DNA of 64,000 nt from Acidobacteriota bacterium (GTDB lineage: Bacteria; Acidobacteriota; Vicinamibacteria; Vicinamibacterales; CAVVIG01): assembly GCA_018268955.1 (NCBI GenBank), contig JAFDVO010000012.1, forward strand, positions 128,215-192,214, written 5' to 3'. Positions 17,899 to 29,960 of this stretch are shown here, one piece after another. Within the stretch, counting starts at the first letter, position 1; every line of letters starts with the position of its first letter. Position numbers and translations under genes: made by a program. The notes beneath the pieces were generated by a model. That model did no database searches and was not told the DNA's origin. It worked only from the letters and a program-made list of their open reading frames with translations.

Positions 17899-19545
17899 TC
17901 AACGTGGCTTGCCGGTCATCACGGGCGACTCGGCGAACAGTTCCACGTCCGGGTGGTGACGGTGGAAGTAGTTCAGCTCCCACTCCGACTCGAACAGGAT
18001 CACCGGACGGTCATACCGATCCGTCGCCACGATGCTGGCGCCGCCGGGCCGCACGGTATCGGACGTGCCGAGCCAGCGCGCGCACGTGTGGTTCATCGGG
18101 TCGATCTCCGCGGCCACGCCGTACTCGCTCCGCAGGCGGCTCACGATCACGTCGTACTGCAGCGCGCCGACGACGCCGATGATCGGCTCGCGACGTCCAG
18201 CCGCCGTGTAGAACACCTGCATCAGCCCTTCTTCCTCGAGCTGCTGAATGCCCTCGTCGAACTGCTTGTACCGCGTGTCCTTCAGGCGCGCACGGCCGAA
18301 GTGCTCGGCCGGAAACCGAGGCAGGTCGGGGAATCGCAGCGGCGGACCCGCGTGCAGGGTGTCGCCAATGCCGAGCTGCCCCGGGTTGACCAGGCCGATG
18401 ATGTCGCCGGCGTAGGCCACTTCGATCGTCTCGCGGTCGCGACCGAAGAACCGGTACGCGCGCGAGGCGCGCAGCGTTCTCCCCTGCCGCGAATTGATGA
18501 TCGACATGTCCTTGAGAAAGCGGCCCGAGCAGACCCGCACGAACGCGATGCGGTCACGATGCCGCGGGTCCATGTTTGCCTGAATCTTGAAGACGAACCC
18601 GGCGAAGCGTTCATCAGTGGCAGGCACGGGCCCGATGTCCGCCTGCCGCGCGCCCGGGCACGGGGCGAACTCGACCAGTGCCTGCAGGAACGGTTCGAGC
18701 CCGAAGTTCGTGAGGGCGCTGCCGAAGAAGACCGGGGTCTGTGTCCCAGCGAGGTAGGCAGCCAGGTCGAACCCGGTGCCCGCCTCTTGGATCACCTGCA
18801 GCGACTCGCGGAAGTGTGCGTAGAGATCCGACCCGATCATCTCCACGGCGCCGGGATCGTCCAGAGCGGACAGGTCTACGGGCGCCCGGTATTGCCCCTG
18901 CGCCTCCCGCTCATACCGCAGCAGCGTCTGCGTCCGCAGGTCGTACACGCCGCGGAACCGTTCGCCGGACCCGATCGGCCAGTTCACCGGTGCCGCTGCG
19001 ATCCCGAGCGTGCGCTCCACGTCATCGATGAGCTCGAGCGGATCGCGCGTGGGACGGTCGAACTTGTTGATGAACGTCAGGATCGGCAGCCGGTGACGAC
19101 GGCAGACCTCGAAGAGCTTGCGGGTTTGCGGCTCGACGCCGTTTGCCGCGTCGATCACCATGACGACGCTGTCGGCGGCGATCAGGGCGCGGTAGGTGTC
19201 CTCGCTGAAGTCGTTGTGGCCCGGCGTGTCGATGATCGACATGCGCCGCCCCTGCAGCTCGAACTCGAGCGCCGCGGACGTGATCGAGATGCCGCGCTGC
19301 TGCTCCATCTCCATCCAGTCCGACGTGGCCGCCCGTCGTCCTGCGCGGCCGCGGACGGCGCCGGCGAGCTCGATGGCGCCGGCGTACAGCAGGAGCTTCT
19401 CGGTGAGCGTGGTCTTGCCCGCGTCGGGGTGCGAGATGATGGCAAACGTGCGACGACGGGAAACCTCCCGCTCGAGCTCGGCGTGAAGCGAGGTCGCCGA
19501 TCCGGACGGCGGGTGGGCGGACGACTGGTCGGCTACGGATGACAC
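17899..19545 (-). CDS. prfC: Peptide chain release factor 3
   Basis: RRTFAIISHPDAGKTTLTEKLLLYAGAI..., DWMEMEQQRGISITS, IIDTPGHNDFSEDTYR, LTFINKFDR: a GTPase with the RF3-specific context. Confidence 0.95.
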   Translation of the reverse strand: MSSVADQSSAHPPSGSATSLHAELEREVSRRRTFAIISHPDAGKTTLTEKLLLYAGAIELAGAVRGRAGRRAATSDWMEMEQQRGISITSAALEFELQGRRMSIIDTPGHNDFSEDTYRALIAADSVVMVIDAANGVEPQTRKLFEVCRRHRLPILTFINKFDRPTRDPLELIDDVERTLGIAAAPVNWPIGSGERFRGVYDLRTQTLLRYEREAQGQYRAPVDLSALDDPGAVEMIGSDLYAHFRESLQVIQEAGTGFDLAAYLAGTQTPVFFGSALTNFGLEPFLQALVEFAPCPGARQADIGPVPATDERFAGFVFKIQANMDPRHRDRIAFVRVCSGRFLKDMSIINSRQGRTLRASRAYRFFGRDRETIEVAYAGDIIGLVNPGQLGIGDTLHAGPPLRFPDLPRFPAEHFGRARLKDTRYKQFDEGIQQLEEEGLMQVFYTAAGRREPIIGVVGALQYDVIVSRLRSEYGVAAEIDPMNHTCARWLGTSDTVRPGGASIVATDRYDRPVILFESEWELNYFHRHHPDVELFAESPVMTGKPR

Positions 19546-19624
19546 ACCCCGATCCTAATCGGTTTGCCGAGCTGGTGTGGAGATTGCGACGATCGGTGGG
19601 ATGAGCCAGGAGCGGCCATCGACC

Positions 19625-20842
19625 ATGAACATCCGGATTTTCGGCGCGCACGACGACAGGACTGTCCAGCAGATCGAGCGCTGTGCGGCGGCGGAGCCGG
19701 ACGCGCGGGCGGTCCTCTGCGCCGACGGGCACGTCGGATACTCCATGCCCATTGGTGGGGTTGTCGGGTACCGGGACCATGTCTCTCCTTCCGGCGTCGG
19801 CTACGACATCGCCTGCGGGAACCTGGCGGTGCAGACCGACGTGCGGGCAGCCGACCTCTCCACCCCCGAGCTACAGAAGATCGCCGACCAGATTGCGGCG
19901 CGCATCAGTTTCGGCGTCGGCCGGAAGAACAACGAGCCGGTGGACTCGCCCGTCTTCGACGACATCGCGCGATCGCCGGCGCGATTCCAGCGCGAACTCC
20001 TCCCGATGGCGCAGGCCCAGCTCGGAACCGTCGGGAGCGGCAACCACTACGTCGACGTGCTCGAAGACGAGGAGGGGCGCCTGTGGGTCGGCGTGCACTT
20101 CGGCTCGCGTGGGTTCGGGCACCGCACGGCGACCGGCTTCATGAACATCGCGCAGGGCCGACGGTGGAACGAGGGCAAGGGTGAAGGTGCGATGGACGCG
20201 CCACCGCTGCTACTGCGCACCGACGCGCCTTCGGGCGAGGACTACATCGAGGCCATGCGCATTGCCGGTGAGTACGCCTACGCGGGGCGCGAAGCTGTCG
20301 TGAGCCGGGTCCTCGGGATTCTCGGGGCATCGCCGCAGTTCACCGTGCACAACCATCACAACTTTGCGTGGCTCGAGGAACACGAGGGACAGAAGCGCTG
20401 GGTCGTCCGGAAGGGCGCGACGCCGGCATTCCCGGGTCAGTGGGGCTTCGTAGGTGGCTCCATGGGGGACATCTCGGTGATCCTGCGCAGCGTCGAGTCA
20501 CCGGCCTCGCGAGACTCGCTCTACTCCACCGTTCACGGGGCAGGACGCGTGATGAGCCGGACACAGGCAGCCGGGAAGCAGCGCTGGGTCGCCGGGCGCG
20601 ACGGTCGCAAACGCCCGCAGCGGCTCTCGAACGGACTCGTGGACTTCGACGCGGAGCGGCGCACGCTCGCCGCCCGGGGCATCATCCTGCGCGGGGCGGG
20701 CGCGGACGAAGCGCCGCCTGTCTATCGCCCGCTGCGCTCGGTGCTCGAGGCGCACGCTGGGACGATCGACATCGTTCACACCCTCACGCCGCGCATCGTC
20801 GTCATGGCGGGCAGCGACGAGTACGACCCGTACAAGGACTGA
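19625..20842 (+). CDS. rtcB: RtcB-family RNA 3'-phosphate ligase
   Basis: CADGHVGYSMPIGGVVGY, GVGYDIACGN, LGTVGSGNHYVDV, FGSRGFGH, HNHHNFAW. Start chosen at ATG 19625 (MNIRIFGAHDD...). Confidence 0.9.
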   Translation: MNIRIFGAHDDRTVQQIERCAAAEPDARAVLCADGHVGYSMPIGGVVGYRDHVSPSGVGYDIACGNLAVQTDVRAADLSTPELQKIADQIAARISFGVGRKNNEPVDSPVFDDIARSPARFQRELLPMAQAQLGTVGSGNHYVDVLEDEEGRLWVGVHFGSRGFGHRTATGFMNIAQGRRWNEGKGEGAMDAPPLLLRTDAPSGEDYIEAMRIAGEYAYAGREAVVSRVLGILGASPQFTVHNHHNFAWLEEHEGQKRWVVRKGATPAFPGQWGFVGGSMGDISVILRSVESPASRDSLYSTVHGAGRVMSRTQAAGKQRWVAGRDGRKRPQRLSNGLVDFDAERRTLAARGIILRGAGADEAPPVYRPLRSVLEAHAGTIDIVHTLTPRIVVMAGSDEYDPYKD

Positions 20843-20931
20843 CGGGGGAACCGCAGCTCGTCGCGTATGGCTGATTGCATCCTGCCGGGAGGTCGCTGAA
20901 CGCGAAACGCGGCACGGCGGATCGGTGGGCA

Positions 20932-20956
20932 CGCTGCTCGATGATCCCGAGCAGCG
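20932..20956. terminator. Perfect 9-bp hairpin between convergent rtcB and the epimerase gene
   Basis: CGCTGCTCG-atgatcc-CGAGCAGCG. There is no U-tract on either side, so the terminator function is uncertain. Confidence 0.25.
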
Positions 20957-20967
20957 TGCGAGAGAGG

Positions 20968-21918
20968 TCAGGCGCGAACGGTGGCGGAGGACTCCTCGCG
21001 GCACCAGTCGAGCGTGCGGCGAATCCCCTCCTCCATGCTCACGATCGGGTGGTAGCCAAGGAGGCGTTCGGCCTTGCGGATGTCGGCCTGTGAATCCCGC
21101 ACATCGCCGACGCGCGACTCGGCGTAGATCGGCTCAATGGAGGTCCCGAGGATCGTGTTCATCGCGCGGAGGAGATCGTTCAGCGAGATACGACCGCCTG
21201 TCGCGACGTTGATGACCTCGCCGGACGCCTCCGGCGCCTCGCACGCACGCAGGACGCCGTCGACGACGTTGGCGACGTACGTGAAGTCCCGTGTCTGCTC
21301 CCCATCGCCATAGACCGTTGGGCGACGGCCCTCGAGCAGCGCTGTCGAGAACAGCGAGATGACTCCCGAGTAGGGTGAGCCTGGGTCCTGCCGCGGGCCG
21401 AACACGTTGAAGTACCGGATGGTGACGGTTTCCAACCCGTACAGCCGCGTGAACATCTGGCAGTACTGCTCCGCCACCAGCTTCTGGAGCGCGTACGGCG
21501 ACAGGGGGGCGGTCGGCATGTCCTCGCGCTTTGGCAACGTGGGGGTGTCGCCGTAGGCCGACGACGAGCCGGCGTAGACCAGGCGCTTCACCTTCGCGTC
21601 GCGTGCGGCGACCAGGATGTTCAGCGAGCCGTCGATGTTCGAGCGATTCGACGTAATCGGGTCCGACACCGACCGCGGGACGGACGGAATGGCGCCCTGA
21701 TGGAGTACATAGTCGACCCCTTGGACGGCCTGTCTGCAGGCCTCGATATCGGCAAGGTCCCCCTCGAGGAAGTCCACGGCAGGCAGGTGCGCCAGGTTAC
21801 GCCGATGGCCGGTGCTCAGGTTGTCCAGCACTCGCACACGATGGCCACGCTGTACGAGCTCGGTGGCCAGGTGCGATCCGATGAATCCGGCGCCGCCGGT
21901 AACAAGGTAAAGGCTCAT
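20968..21918 (-). CDS. NAD-dependent nucleotide-sugar epimerase (extended SDR, WbpP/TviC-like)
   Basis: LVTGGAGFIGSHL, catalytic SPYALQKL (YxxxK), and YFNVFGPRQDP, typical of UDP-sugar 4-epimerases. Confidence 0.85.
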   Translation of the reverse strand: MSLYLVTGGAGFIGSHLATELVQRGHRVRVLDNLSTGHRRNLAHLPAVDFLEGDLADIEACRQAVQGVDYVLHQGAIPSVPRSVSDPITSNRSNIDGSLNILVAARDAKVKRLVYAGSSSAYGDTPTLPKREDMPTAPLSPYALQKLVAEQYCQMFTRLYGLETVTIRYFNVFGPRQDPGSPYSGVISLFSTALLEGRRPTVYGDGEQTRDFTYVANVVDGVLRACEAPEASGEVINVATGGRISLNDLLRAMNTILGTSIEPIYAESRVGDVRDSQADIRKAERLLGYHPIVSMEEGIRRTLDWCREESSATVRA

Positions 21919-21951
21919 GCGTTCCGTCTTAGCAAAACTCGAACCCGGTCA

Positions 21952-23118
21952 TCAGTTGGCCGGGAACCCGGCGCGCGAGAGCTTTGGCGTAATGCGCAGC
22001 GCGTTCGCGTAATAGATCTTCTTGAGCACCTGGTCGGGCAACCCGATGCCGTACAACTTCCAGAAGGCGTGGTAATCGCGGTAGTAGTCGAAGTACTCGT
22101 CGTTCGTCTCGAACACCCGCCAGTAGTACGGGTACTCGTCGGGCTGGTAGCTGTCCTTGCCGAAGATGATGCGGTCCTGATACTTCACGAAGAAGTCGTG
22201 CGCGAAGCGCGGCTGCCGGCCGATGTCGTACAGCACCGCCCCAAGTTCGCCGTAGACGTTCGGGTATTCGTCGAAGAGCTTCCCAAGCCGCGCCAGGTCG
22301 TTGGCGTGCCAGCCCATATGCGCGAGCACCCAGGTCACGTCCGGGTGGCGCTTGATCAGGCGATCGCGCTCTCCCATCAACTCCTCGAAGCTGGGGAACC
22401 GCGAGCGATCCTGGTAGCGGCGGTCCGGATAGAGCGCGAGTTCGAGCCAGCGCTCGTTGTTGTAATCGAGCGGCGCGAAGAACTCCGCCGGATCGGCCGT
22501 GTGCATCAGCACCGGAATCTTCAGGCGCGCCGCTGTCTCCCAGACGGGATCGAGTTCGGGATCATCCATGTGGAGGCGCGTGCCGTCGGCCTTCCTGTTG
22601 GTCAGGCCGAAGCTCTTCATGATCTCGCCCACGCCGACCGCACCCGCCTTGATGTCCGCCTCGAGCTGCGCCGCGATCTTCTGGCCCGAGCCCGGACCGA
22701 CGTTGCGGAAGTCGAGGCCCGCGAACATCACCATCTTGTCCTTGTAGCGGCTGGCCGCGATGGCATCCATGGCCGGCTTGAGGCGCGCGCTCGACGTGTT
22801 GTTCGCGTCGATCATCAACGCGAGGTTCAGCGCCGCCATCGCGTCACCCACCCGGTTCACATCGTCGACCGTCATCGACTGGGGAGGATGATGGTGGAAG
22901 TCGATGACCGGGAACTTCGCGCGCGGCACCTTGTGCTCGGGCACGACCAGCGTCGACCGTGGGTGGTATTCGCGGATCTTCGGCTGCGGCAGTTCGGGCT
23001 CGCGACCTTCAGCCGGCCGCCGAACGATCTGGCCAGGAGGCAACTGCTGCGCGGTGACGATGCCGAGGGAGACGAGGCCGAGGGCAAGGAGGACAGGGAG
23101 GGTTCGTTTCATAGCCAA
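21952..23118 (-). CDS. Secreted amidohydrolase-2 family (TIM-barrel metal hydrolase) protein
   Basis: Signal peptide MAMKRTLPVLLALGLVSLGIVTAQQ. Metal-binding start VIDFHHH, later VLMHTAD and VLAHMG. Confidence 0.7.
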   Translation of the reverse strand: MAMKRTLPVLLALGLVSLGIVTAQQLPPGQIVRRPAEGREPELPQPKIREYHPRSTLVVPEHKVPRAKFPVIDFHHHPPQSMTVDDVNRVGDAMAALNLALMIDANNTSSARLKPAMDAIAASRYKDKMVMFAGLDFRNVGPGSGQKIAAQLEADIKAGAVGVGEIMKSFGLTNRKADGTRLHMDDPELDPVWETAARLKIPVLMHTADPAEFFAPLDYNNERWLELALYPDRRYQDRSRFPSFEELMGERDRLIKRHPDVTWVLAHMGWHANDLARLGKLFDEYPNVYGELGAVLYDIGRQPRFAHDFFVKYQDRIIFGKDSYQPDEYPYYWRVFETNDEYFDYYRDYHAFWKLYGIGLPDQVLKKIYYANALRITPKLSRAGFPAN

Positions 23119-23178
23119 CCAATCGCCACGGCAAGCATGGCAGGGGCGCCAGACGTGAGCAGCGCGGACCGGAAAAGT

Positions 23179-23760
23179 GTCGCAGCCGGTCGATAAGCCG
23201 AATTCTGTCCCCGCCGAAAGCGGATGACGATCATTCCTCTAGTTCCGCCATCACTGGCGGAATCCAGCAACCTACCCGGAAGCGCCGGACGGGCCGTCCG
23301 GTCCGGCTTGCGCCGGGTGCTTCCCTATTTGGTCTTGCTCCGTGCGGGGTTTTGCCTGCCACGCCTGTTGCCAGGCGCGCGGTGCGCTCTTACCGCACCT
23401 TTTCACCCTTACCCGACTTCACCCTCGGTCCTCCGCCCCCGAGGGCTTTGTCGAGGCAAGCCCACGTGCGATACGGGAGCCTGCCGCGCTGAAGCCTCGA
23501 GGTGCGAAGCACCGAGAGCGAAGGCGGGCGGTATGTTTTCTGTGCCACTTTCCTTCGGGTCGCCCCGACCGGGTGTTACCCGGCGCACTGCCCTGCGGAG
23601 TTCGGACTTTCCTCCCGCCCCCGCTCTCGGCCTTCCGGCCTCGAGCTACGGCGTGGCAGGCCCGCGAACGGACCCACCACTGCCAGGCCCACCTTGCGGC
23701 GCGCCTGGCCGAAGCCCGCCGGAGCGGGCGAAGGCCGGCGATCGTCTGACCGACTGCGAC
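23179..23760 (-). ncRNA. rnpB: RNase P RNA, bacterial type A, with expanded peripheral helices
   Basis: The minus strand contains GAGGAAAGTCCGAACTCCGCAGGGCAGTGCGCCGGGTAACACCCGG, GGTAAGGGTGAAAAGGTGCGGTAAGAGCGCACC, AGCAAGACCAAATAGGG and ACAGAATTCGGCTTATCG. The inferred P1 pairs GTCGCAGTCGGTC (5') with GACCGGCTGCGAC (3'). Ends are accurate to about +/-10 nt. Confidence 0.93.
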
Positions 23761-23849
23761 ACGACGATTGTACTCGTCCCGGTGGCAGCGCTGTGGTGTC
23801 CCGTCCGAAGTTCCGACATCTGACGTCCGAGTTCCCAGTTCGGAAGTGC

Positions 23850-25253
23850 CTATCCGTCGCTCTCCTGCGAGATCTGATACTGCTCGAGCTTCTTGTAGAG
23901 GTTGCTGCGCGGTGTGTCGATGACCTCCGCGGTCTTCGAGATGTTCCACCCGTTCTCGCGCAGCTTCGCCACGAGGAAGGCGCGCTCTGCGTTGTCCTTG
24001 AACTCGCGCAGGGTGCCGGCAGCAACCGCGTCCGCGGCCGCTGGCGACGCGACACGCCCCTGGGTCGCCGACACCGACGCCGTCGCCGGACTCCGCAGCG
24101 ACCCCGGGAGATCGGGCAGGTCGATCGTGTCTCCCGGGGACATGATGATCAGCCGTTCGACCGTGTTCCGCAGTTCGCGGATGTTGCCCTTCCACCGATA
24201 GCGCTGCAGCGCATCCAGCGCCGCCTGGGTGATGCGGCGCGGCTTCAGGTTGTTCTCCCGGCAGAAGTGATCCACGTAGTGCCGGACGAGCAGCGGGATG
24301 TCCTCGGGCCGCTCGCGCAGCGGCGGGACGTAGATCGGGATGACGGCGAGGCGGAAATAGAGATCCTCGCGGAAGTTCCCTTTCTCGATCTCCTCCTCGA
24401 GGTTCTTGTTCGTCGCCGCAATCACCCGCACGTCGACCTTGATCGTCCGGGCCGAGCCGAGCCGCTCGACTTCCCCTTCCTGGAGCACGCGCAGCACCTT
24501 GGCCTGTGTCTTCGCGCTCATGTCGCCGACTTCGTCGAGGAAGATCGTGCCGCGGTCGGCCTGTTCGAACTTGCCGACCTGCTTCTCGGTGGCGCCGGTG
24601 AACGAGCCCTTCTCGTGCCCGAACAGTTCGGACTCGATCAGTTCCTCCGGGATGGCCGCGCAGTTCACCTGCACGAAGCGCTCGCGGCTGCGCAGGCTGT
24701 TGCGGTGGATCGTGCGGGCGACGAGTTCCTTGCCGACGCCGCTCTCGCCCTGGATCAAGACCGTCGCGTTGGTCGGCGCGGCGCGCCCAATTGCGGCCAT
24801 CACCTGCCTGAGCGCGGCGCTCTCGCCAATCATCTGGTGGCGCACTTCAACGGCCCGCTTCAGTGAGCGGTTCTCGTCACGGAGGCGACGCTGGTCCAGC
24901 GCGTTCCGCAGGCTGACGAGCACGCGGTCGCTGGCGAACGGCTTCTCGATGAAGTCGAAGGCCCCTTTCTTCGTCGCTTCCACCGCGGTGCTGATCGTGC
25001 CGTGGCCGGAGACGACGATCACCGGGAGCGCGTCGTTCATGGCACGGAGGCGCTCGAGCACCTCTATGCCGTCCATGCCGGGCATCTTCACGTCGAGGAG
25101 CACGAGGTCAGGGGCCTCCCGCTCGGCAAGCGTCAGCCCCTCCTGGCCGGTGGCGGCGAGCAGGACCTCATAGCCTTCGTACTCGAGGGTCATCCGCAGG
25201 GAATCACGGATGGCCGCCTCGTCGTCGATGACAAGGATTCGCGATCTGGGCAT
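23850..25253 (-). CDS. NtrC-family sigma-54-dependent response regulator (REC-AAA+-HTH)
   Basis: Receiver (ILVIDDE..LVLLDVKMPGMDG), AAA+ (VLIQGESGVGKE, ESELFGHEKGSFTGA, GTIFLDEV) and Fis HTH (NISKTAEVIDTPRSNLYKKL). True start is ATG 25253 (MPRSRILVIDD). The 787-aa track ORF over-extends into htrA. Confidence 0.93.
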   Translation of the reverse strand: MPRSRILVIDDEAAIRDSLRMTLEYEGYEVLLAATGQEGLTLAEREAPDLVLLDVKMPGMDGIEVLERLRAMNDALPVIVVSGHGTISTAVEATKKGAFDFIEKPFASDRVLVSLRNALDQRRLRDENRSLKRAVEVRHQMIGESAALRQVMAAIGRAAPTNATVLIQGESGVGKELVARTIHRNSLRSRERFVQVNCAAIPEELIESELFGHEKGSFTGATEKQVGKFEQADRGTIFLDEVGDMSAKTQAKVLRVLQEGEVERLGSARTIKVDVRVIAATNKNLEEEIEKGNFREDLYFRLAVIPIYVPPLRERPEDIPLLVRHYVDHFCRENNLKPRRITQAALDALQRYRWKGNIRELRNTVERLIIMSPGDTIDLPDLPGSLRSPATASVSATQGRVASPAAADAVAAGTLREFKDNAERAFLVAKLRENGWNISKTAEVIDTPRSNLYKKLEQYQISQESDG

Positions 25254-25270
25254 GTCGGGTCGGAGACTGA

Positions 25271-26781
25271 CTATCGATCGTCGATACGCACCGTCTTGAG
25301 CTGCCGCTGCCCCACGTCCGGTGCGTAGACGTAGAGCGTCACCACGTCGCCGGGCCGCACGGCGGCCGACACGCGGGTGTAGTCCGCGATCGAGAGGATC
25401 GGCTTGCGGTTGATCTCGAGCAGCACGCTGCCGCGCTGCACCTCGGCGTCGAAGGTGGGACTCAGCGGGTCCACCCTCGTGATCAGCACACCGCGGGTCT
25501 CGCGCGGCAGGCGGAGCCGGTTGAAGGCCGCGGCGTCCAGGTCCCTCACGCTGAGGCCGAGCAGGTTTTCGCGGCCATCGGCGGGCGGGGCTGCGGGCGC
25601 GTCGCTGTCGCGGCGCCGCGGCTCGCCATCGCGGCCCGGACGCTCCGCCAGTTTCACCGTCACCGTGAACTCCCGGTCGTCGCGGATGACGCGCAGTTGC
25701 GCCGTGCTCCCCGGGGCTCGCGACGAGATCTCGTGGATCAACTCGTCGTCGGTGGCAACCGGCACACCTTCGAACGCCACGACGACGTCGTAGGGTTTCA
25801 GGCCTGCCCGCTCGCCAGGCGAGCCACTCGTCACATCCTGGATGACCGCGCCGCTCGGCACGGGGATGTGCAGTGAGCGCTGCAGGTCGGGGTCGAGATC
25901 GCGAAGCGTGATGCCCACGTACCCGCGAGAGACCCGCCCACGTGCCCGCAACTGCGGAAGGATCGCGGTCGCGCCGTTGATAGGCACGGCGAAGCCGATG
26001 TTGCTCGCCCGAGAGCTGATCGCGGCATTGATCCCGATCACCTCGCCCTGCGCGTTGATCAGCGGGCCGCCGCTGTTGCCGAAGTTGATCGCGGCGTCGG
26101 TCTGGATGTAATCGTCGAGGCTCGAGTCGAACAGCTTGCGCCCGAGGTAGCTGACGACGCCGACCGTGACGCTGTGCTCGTATCCCAGGGGATTGCCAAC
26201 GGCGCAGACCCACTCGCCCATCCGGAGCGAGGCCGAGTCGCCCAGCGGTGCAACGGGAAGCCCGCGCTGACCGTCGACCTTCAGCAGGGCAATGTCCGTG
26301 TCCGGGTCGGCACCGATCACACGCGCCCTGAGCGAGCGCCCATCCGAGAGCTTGACGAGGATGCGCTCGGCGCCTTCGATGACGTGATTGTTGGTGAGAA
26401 TGCTGCCGTCGCTGTCGATGATGAACCCGCTGCCGGCCCCTCGCCGAGGCGCATCACGTCGCGGCCCTTCGAACAGCTCTGGTGGATCGGGCAGGAGGCT
26501 CGATCGTGATCGGCGACGCTCAGGCGAGGCGCCGCTGCTGGTCGCGTCGATATTGACCACCGCCGGATTGATGCGCTCGACGACGTCGGCGAAGCTGACG
26601 AGCGGCTGCGTGGGACGCCTGGGCGCGGACACCGTCGGCCCATCAGCGGACATGCGCGCACGCTTCACCGGCGCCTGCGCCACGACGGCGGGTCGCATGA
26701 ATCCACCCGCGACGATCGCGCCCACGAAGAACGCGACCACAGCCGTGAGCGCCAGCGTGACGAGGGTGAAGCGCCGCGACA

Positions 26782-26782
<1 letters not shown>
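25271..26782 (-). CDS. htrA: HtrA/DegP-family periplasmic serine protease with two PDZ domains
   Basis: N-terminal anchor, then catalytic triad contexts TNNHVIEG, DTDIALLKV and NFGNSGGPLINAQGEVIGIN. PDZ-like C-terminal halves follow. Confidence 0.92.
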
Positions 26783-28929
<2,147 letters not shown>

Positions 28930-28953
28930 TCACGCAGAATGCGGTGATTCGGG

Positions 28954-29940
28954 CTAGCGGTCGCGGGAGAGCACGTAGTCGGGCAGCGCGATGAGGGCCT
29001 CACGCTCCGAGCTTGGCGGGAAGATCGCCAGCTGCTTCTTGGCGCGCTCGGCGAACTCCACCGCCTTGCGAGCGGCGTAGTCGATGGACCGGTGCTCGCG
29101 CAGCAGATCGAGCAGCTCCTGCCATTGCGGCGGCGTGGCCGTCCGCCGTTCGATGATCTCGCGGACGATCTCGCCTCCGCGGTGCCCTGGCTGCTGCAGC
29201 AGGTGAATGAGCGGCAGCGTCATCTTGCCTTCGACGAGGTCGGCGCCAACAGGCTTGCCCAGGGCCGCGAGATCGCCCGTGAAGTCGAGCAGGTCGTCGA
29301 CGACCTGGAAGGCGATGCCGAGGTTGAAGCCGTACTGCTGCAGCGCCTGTTCCTGCTCAGGGTTCACACCCCCGAGCATGCCGCCGATCTGGGCGGATGC
29401 TCCGAAGAGGTAGGCGGTCTTCCGGCGGATGATGTCGAAGTGCTCTTCTTCCGTGATCGCCGCGTCGCCATTCTTCGTCAGCTGGTAGATCTCGCCCTCG
29501 ATCATCTTGAGCGTCGCGTCGCACAACACGCGGACGATCTCCAGCGTGTCGTGCGTGAGGGCGAGCGCCATCGACTTGATGTAGAGGTAGTCGCCGAGGA
29601 GGACGGTGACGTCGTTGCCCCAGCGCGCGTGCACGGCCGGACGGCCGCGGCGCGTATCGGACTCGTCGATGATGTCGTCGTGAACGAGGGTGGCCGAGTG
29701 GATGAACTCGACGGCTGCCGCGAAGAGGACCGCGCGATCGCCCGTGTAGCCGAGGAGCCGCGCGGCCATGAGCAGCACTGCGGGGCGGACACGCTTGCCC
29801 CCGCCCTGCTGGATGTACCGGCCCATGGTCGGGATGATCGCGACCTGTGATTCGACCTGACGGCCGAACTCGAGATCAACCAGTTCGAGATCGCGGCGGA
29901 TTGGCTCGAATATCTGCGAAAGGGCCGGAGTTTTTTCCAC
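28954..29940 (-). CDS. Long-chain trans-polyprenyl diphosphate synthase (IspB/HepT-like)
   Basis: First DDxxD context ATLVHDDIIDESDTRRGRP and second IAFQVVDDLLDF. 328 aa. Confidence 0.88.
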   Translation of the reverse strand: MEKTPALSQIFEPIRRDLELVDLEFGRQVESQVAIIPTMGRYIQQGGGKRVRPAVLLMAARLLGYTGDRAVLFAAAVEFIHSATLVHDDIIDESDTRRGRPAVHARWGNDVTVLLGDYLYIKSMALALTHDTLEIVRVLCDATLKMIEGEIYQLTKNGDAAITEEEHFDIIRRKTAYLFGASAQIGGMLGGVNPEQEQALQQYGFNLGIAFQVVDDLLDFTGDLAALGKPVGADLVEGKMTLPLIHLLQQPGHRGGEIVREIIERRTATPPQWQELLDLLREHRSIDYAARKAVEFAERAKKQLAIFPPSSEREALIALPDYVLSRDR

Positions 29941-29960
29941 GTGGCTCAGTCAGGACTTTA

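Noticed and set aside
12491-19542. Long antisense ORFs opposite real genes: 12491..13969 -, 16064..17959 +, 17953..19542 +. Elsewhere also 21700..23196 +, 23502..24866 +, 27514..28947 +, 31355..33064 +, 33015..34259 +, 37177..38574 -, 40510..42318 -, 43227..44483 +, 47923..49146 -, 49001..50149 -, 51288..52565 +, 56474..57772 -
   Set aside because: Each lies opposite a gene with unambiguous family motifs. Each is Arg/His/Asp/Pro-rich with no recognisable domain. This is the expected stop-codon-poor antisense frame of a high-GC genome.
23224-24195. Several ORFs (23224..23823 +, 23342..23749 +, 23419..24195 -) over the rnpB locus
   Set aside because: The region is explained by RNase P RNA, with all conserved blocks present. 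The ORFs have no motifs and an extreme Arg/Pro/Gly composition.
25254-26213. N-terminal 320 codons of the 787-aa track ORF 23850..26213
   Set aside because: This part overlaps htrA in a different frame. The receiver domain starts exactly at ATG 25253 (MPRSRILVIDD).
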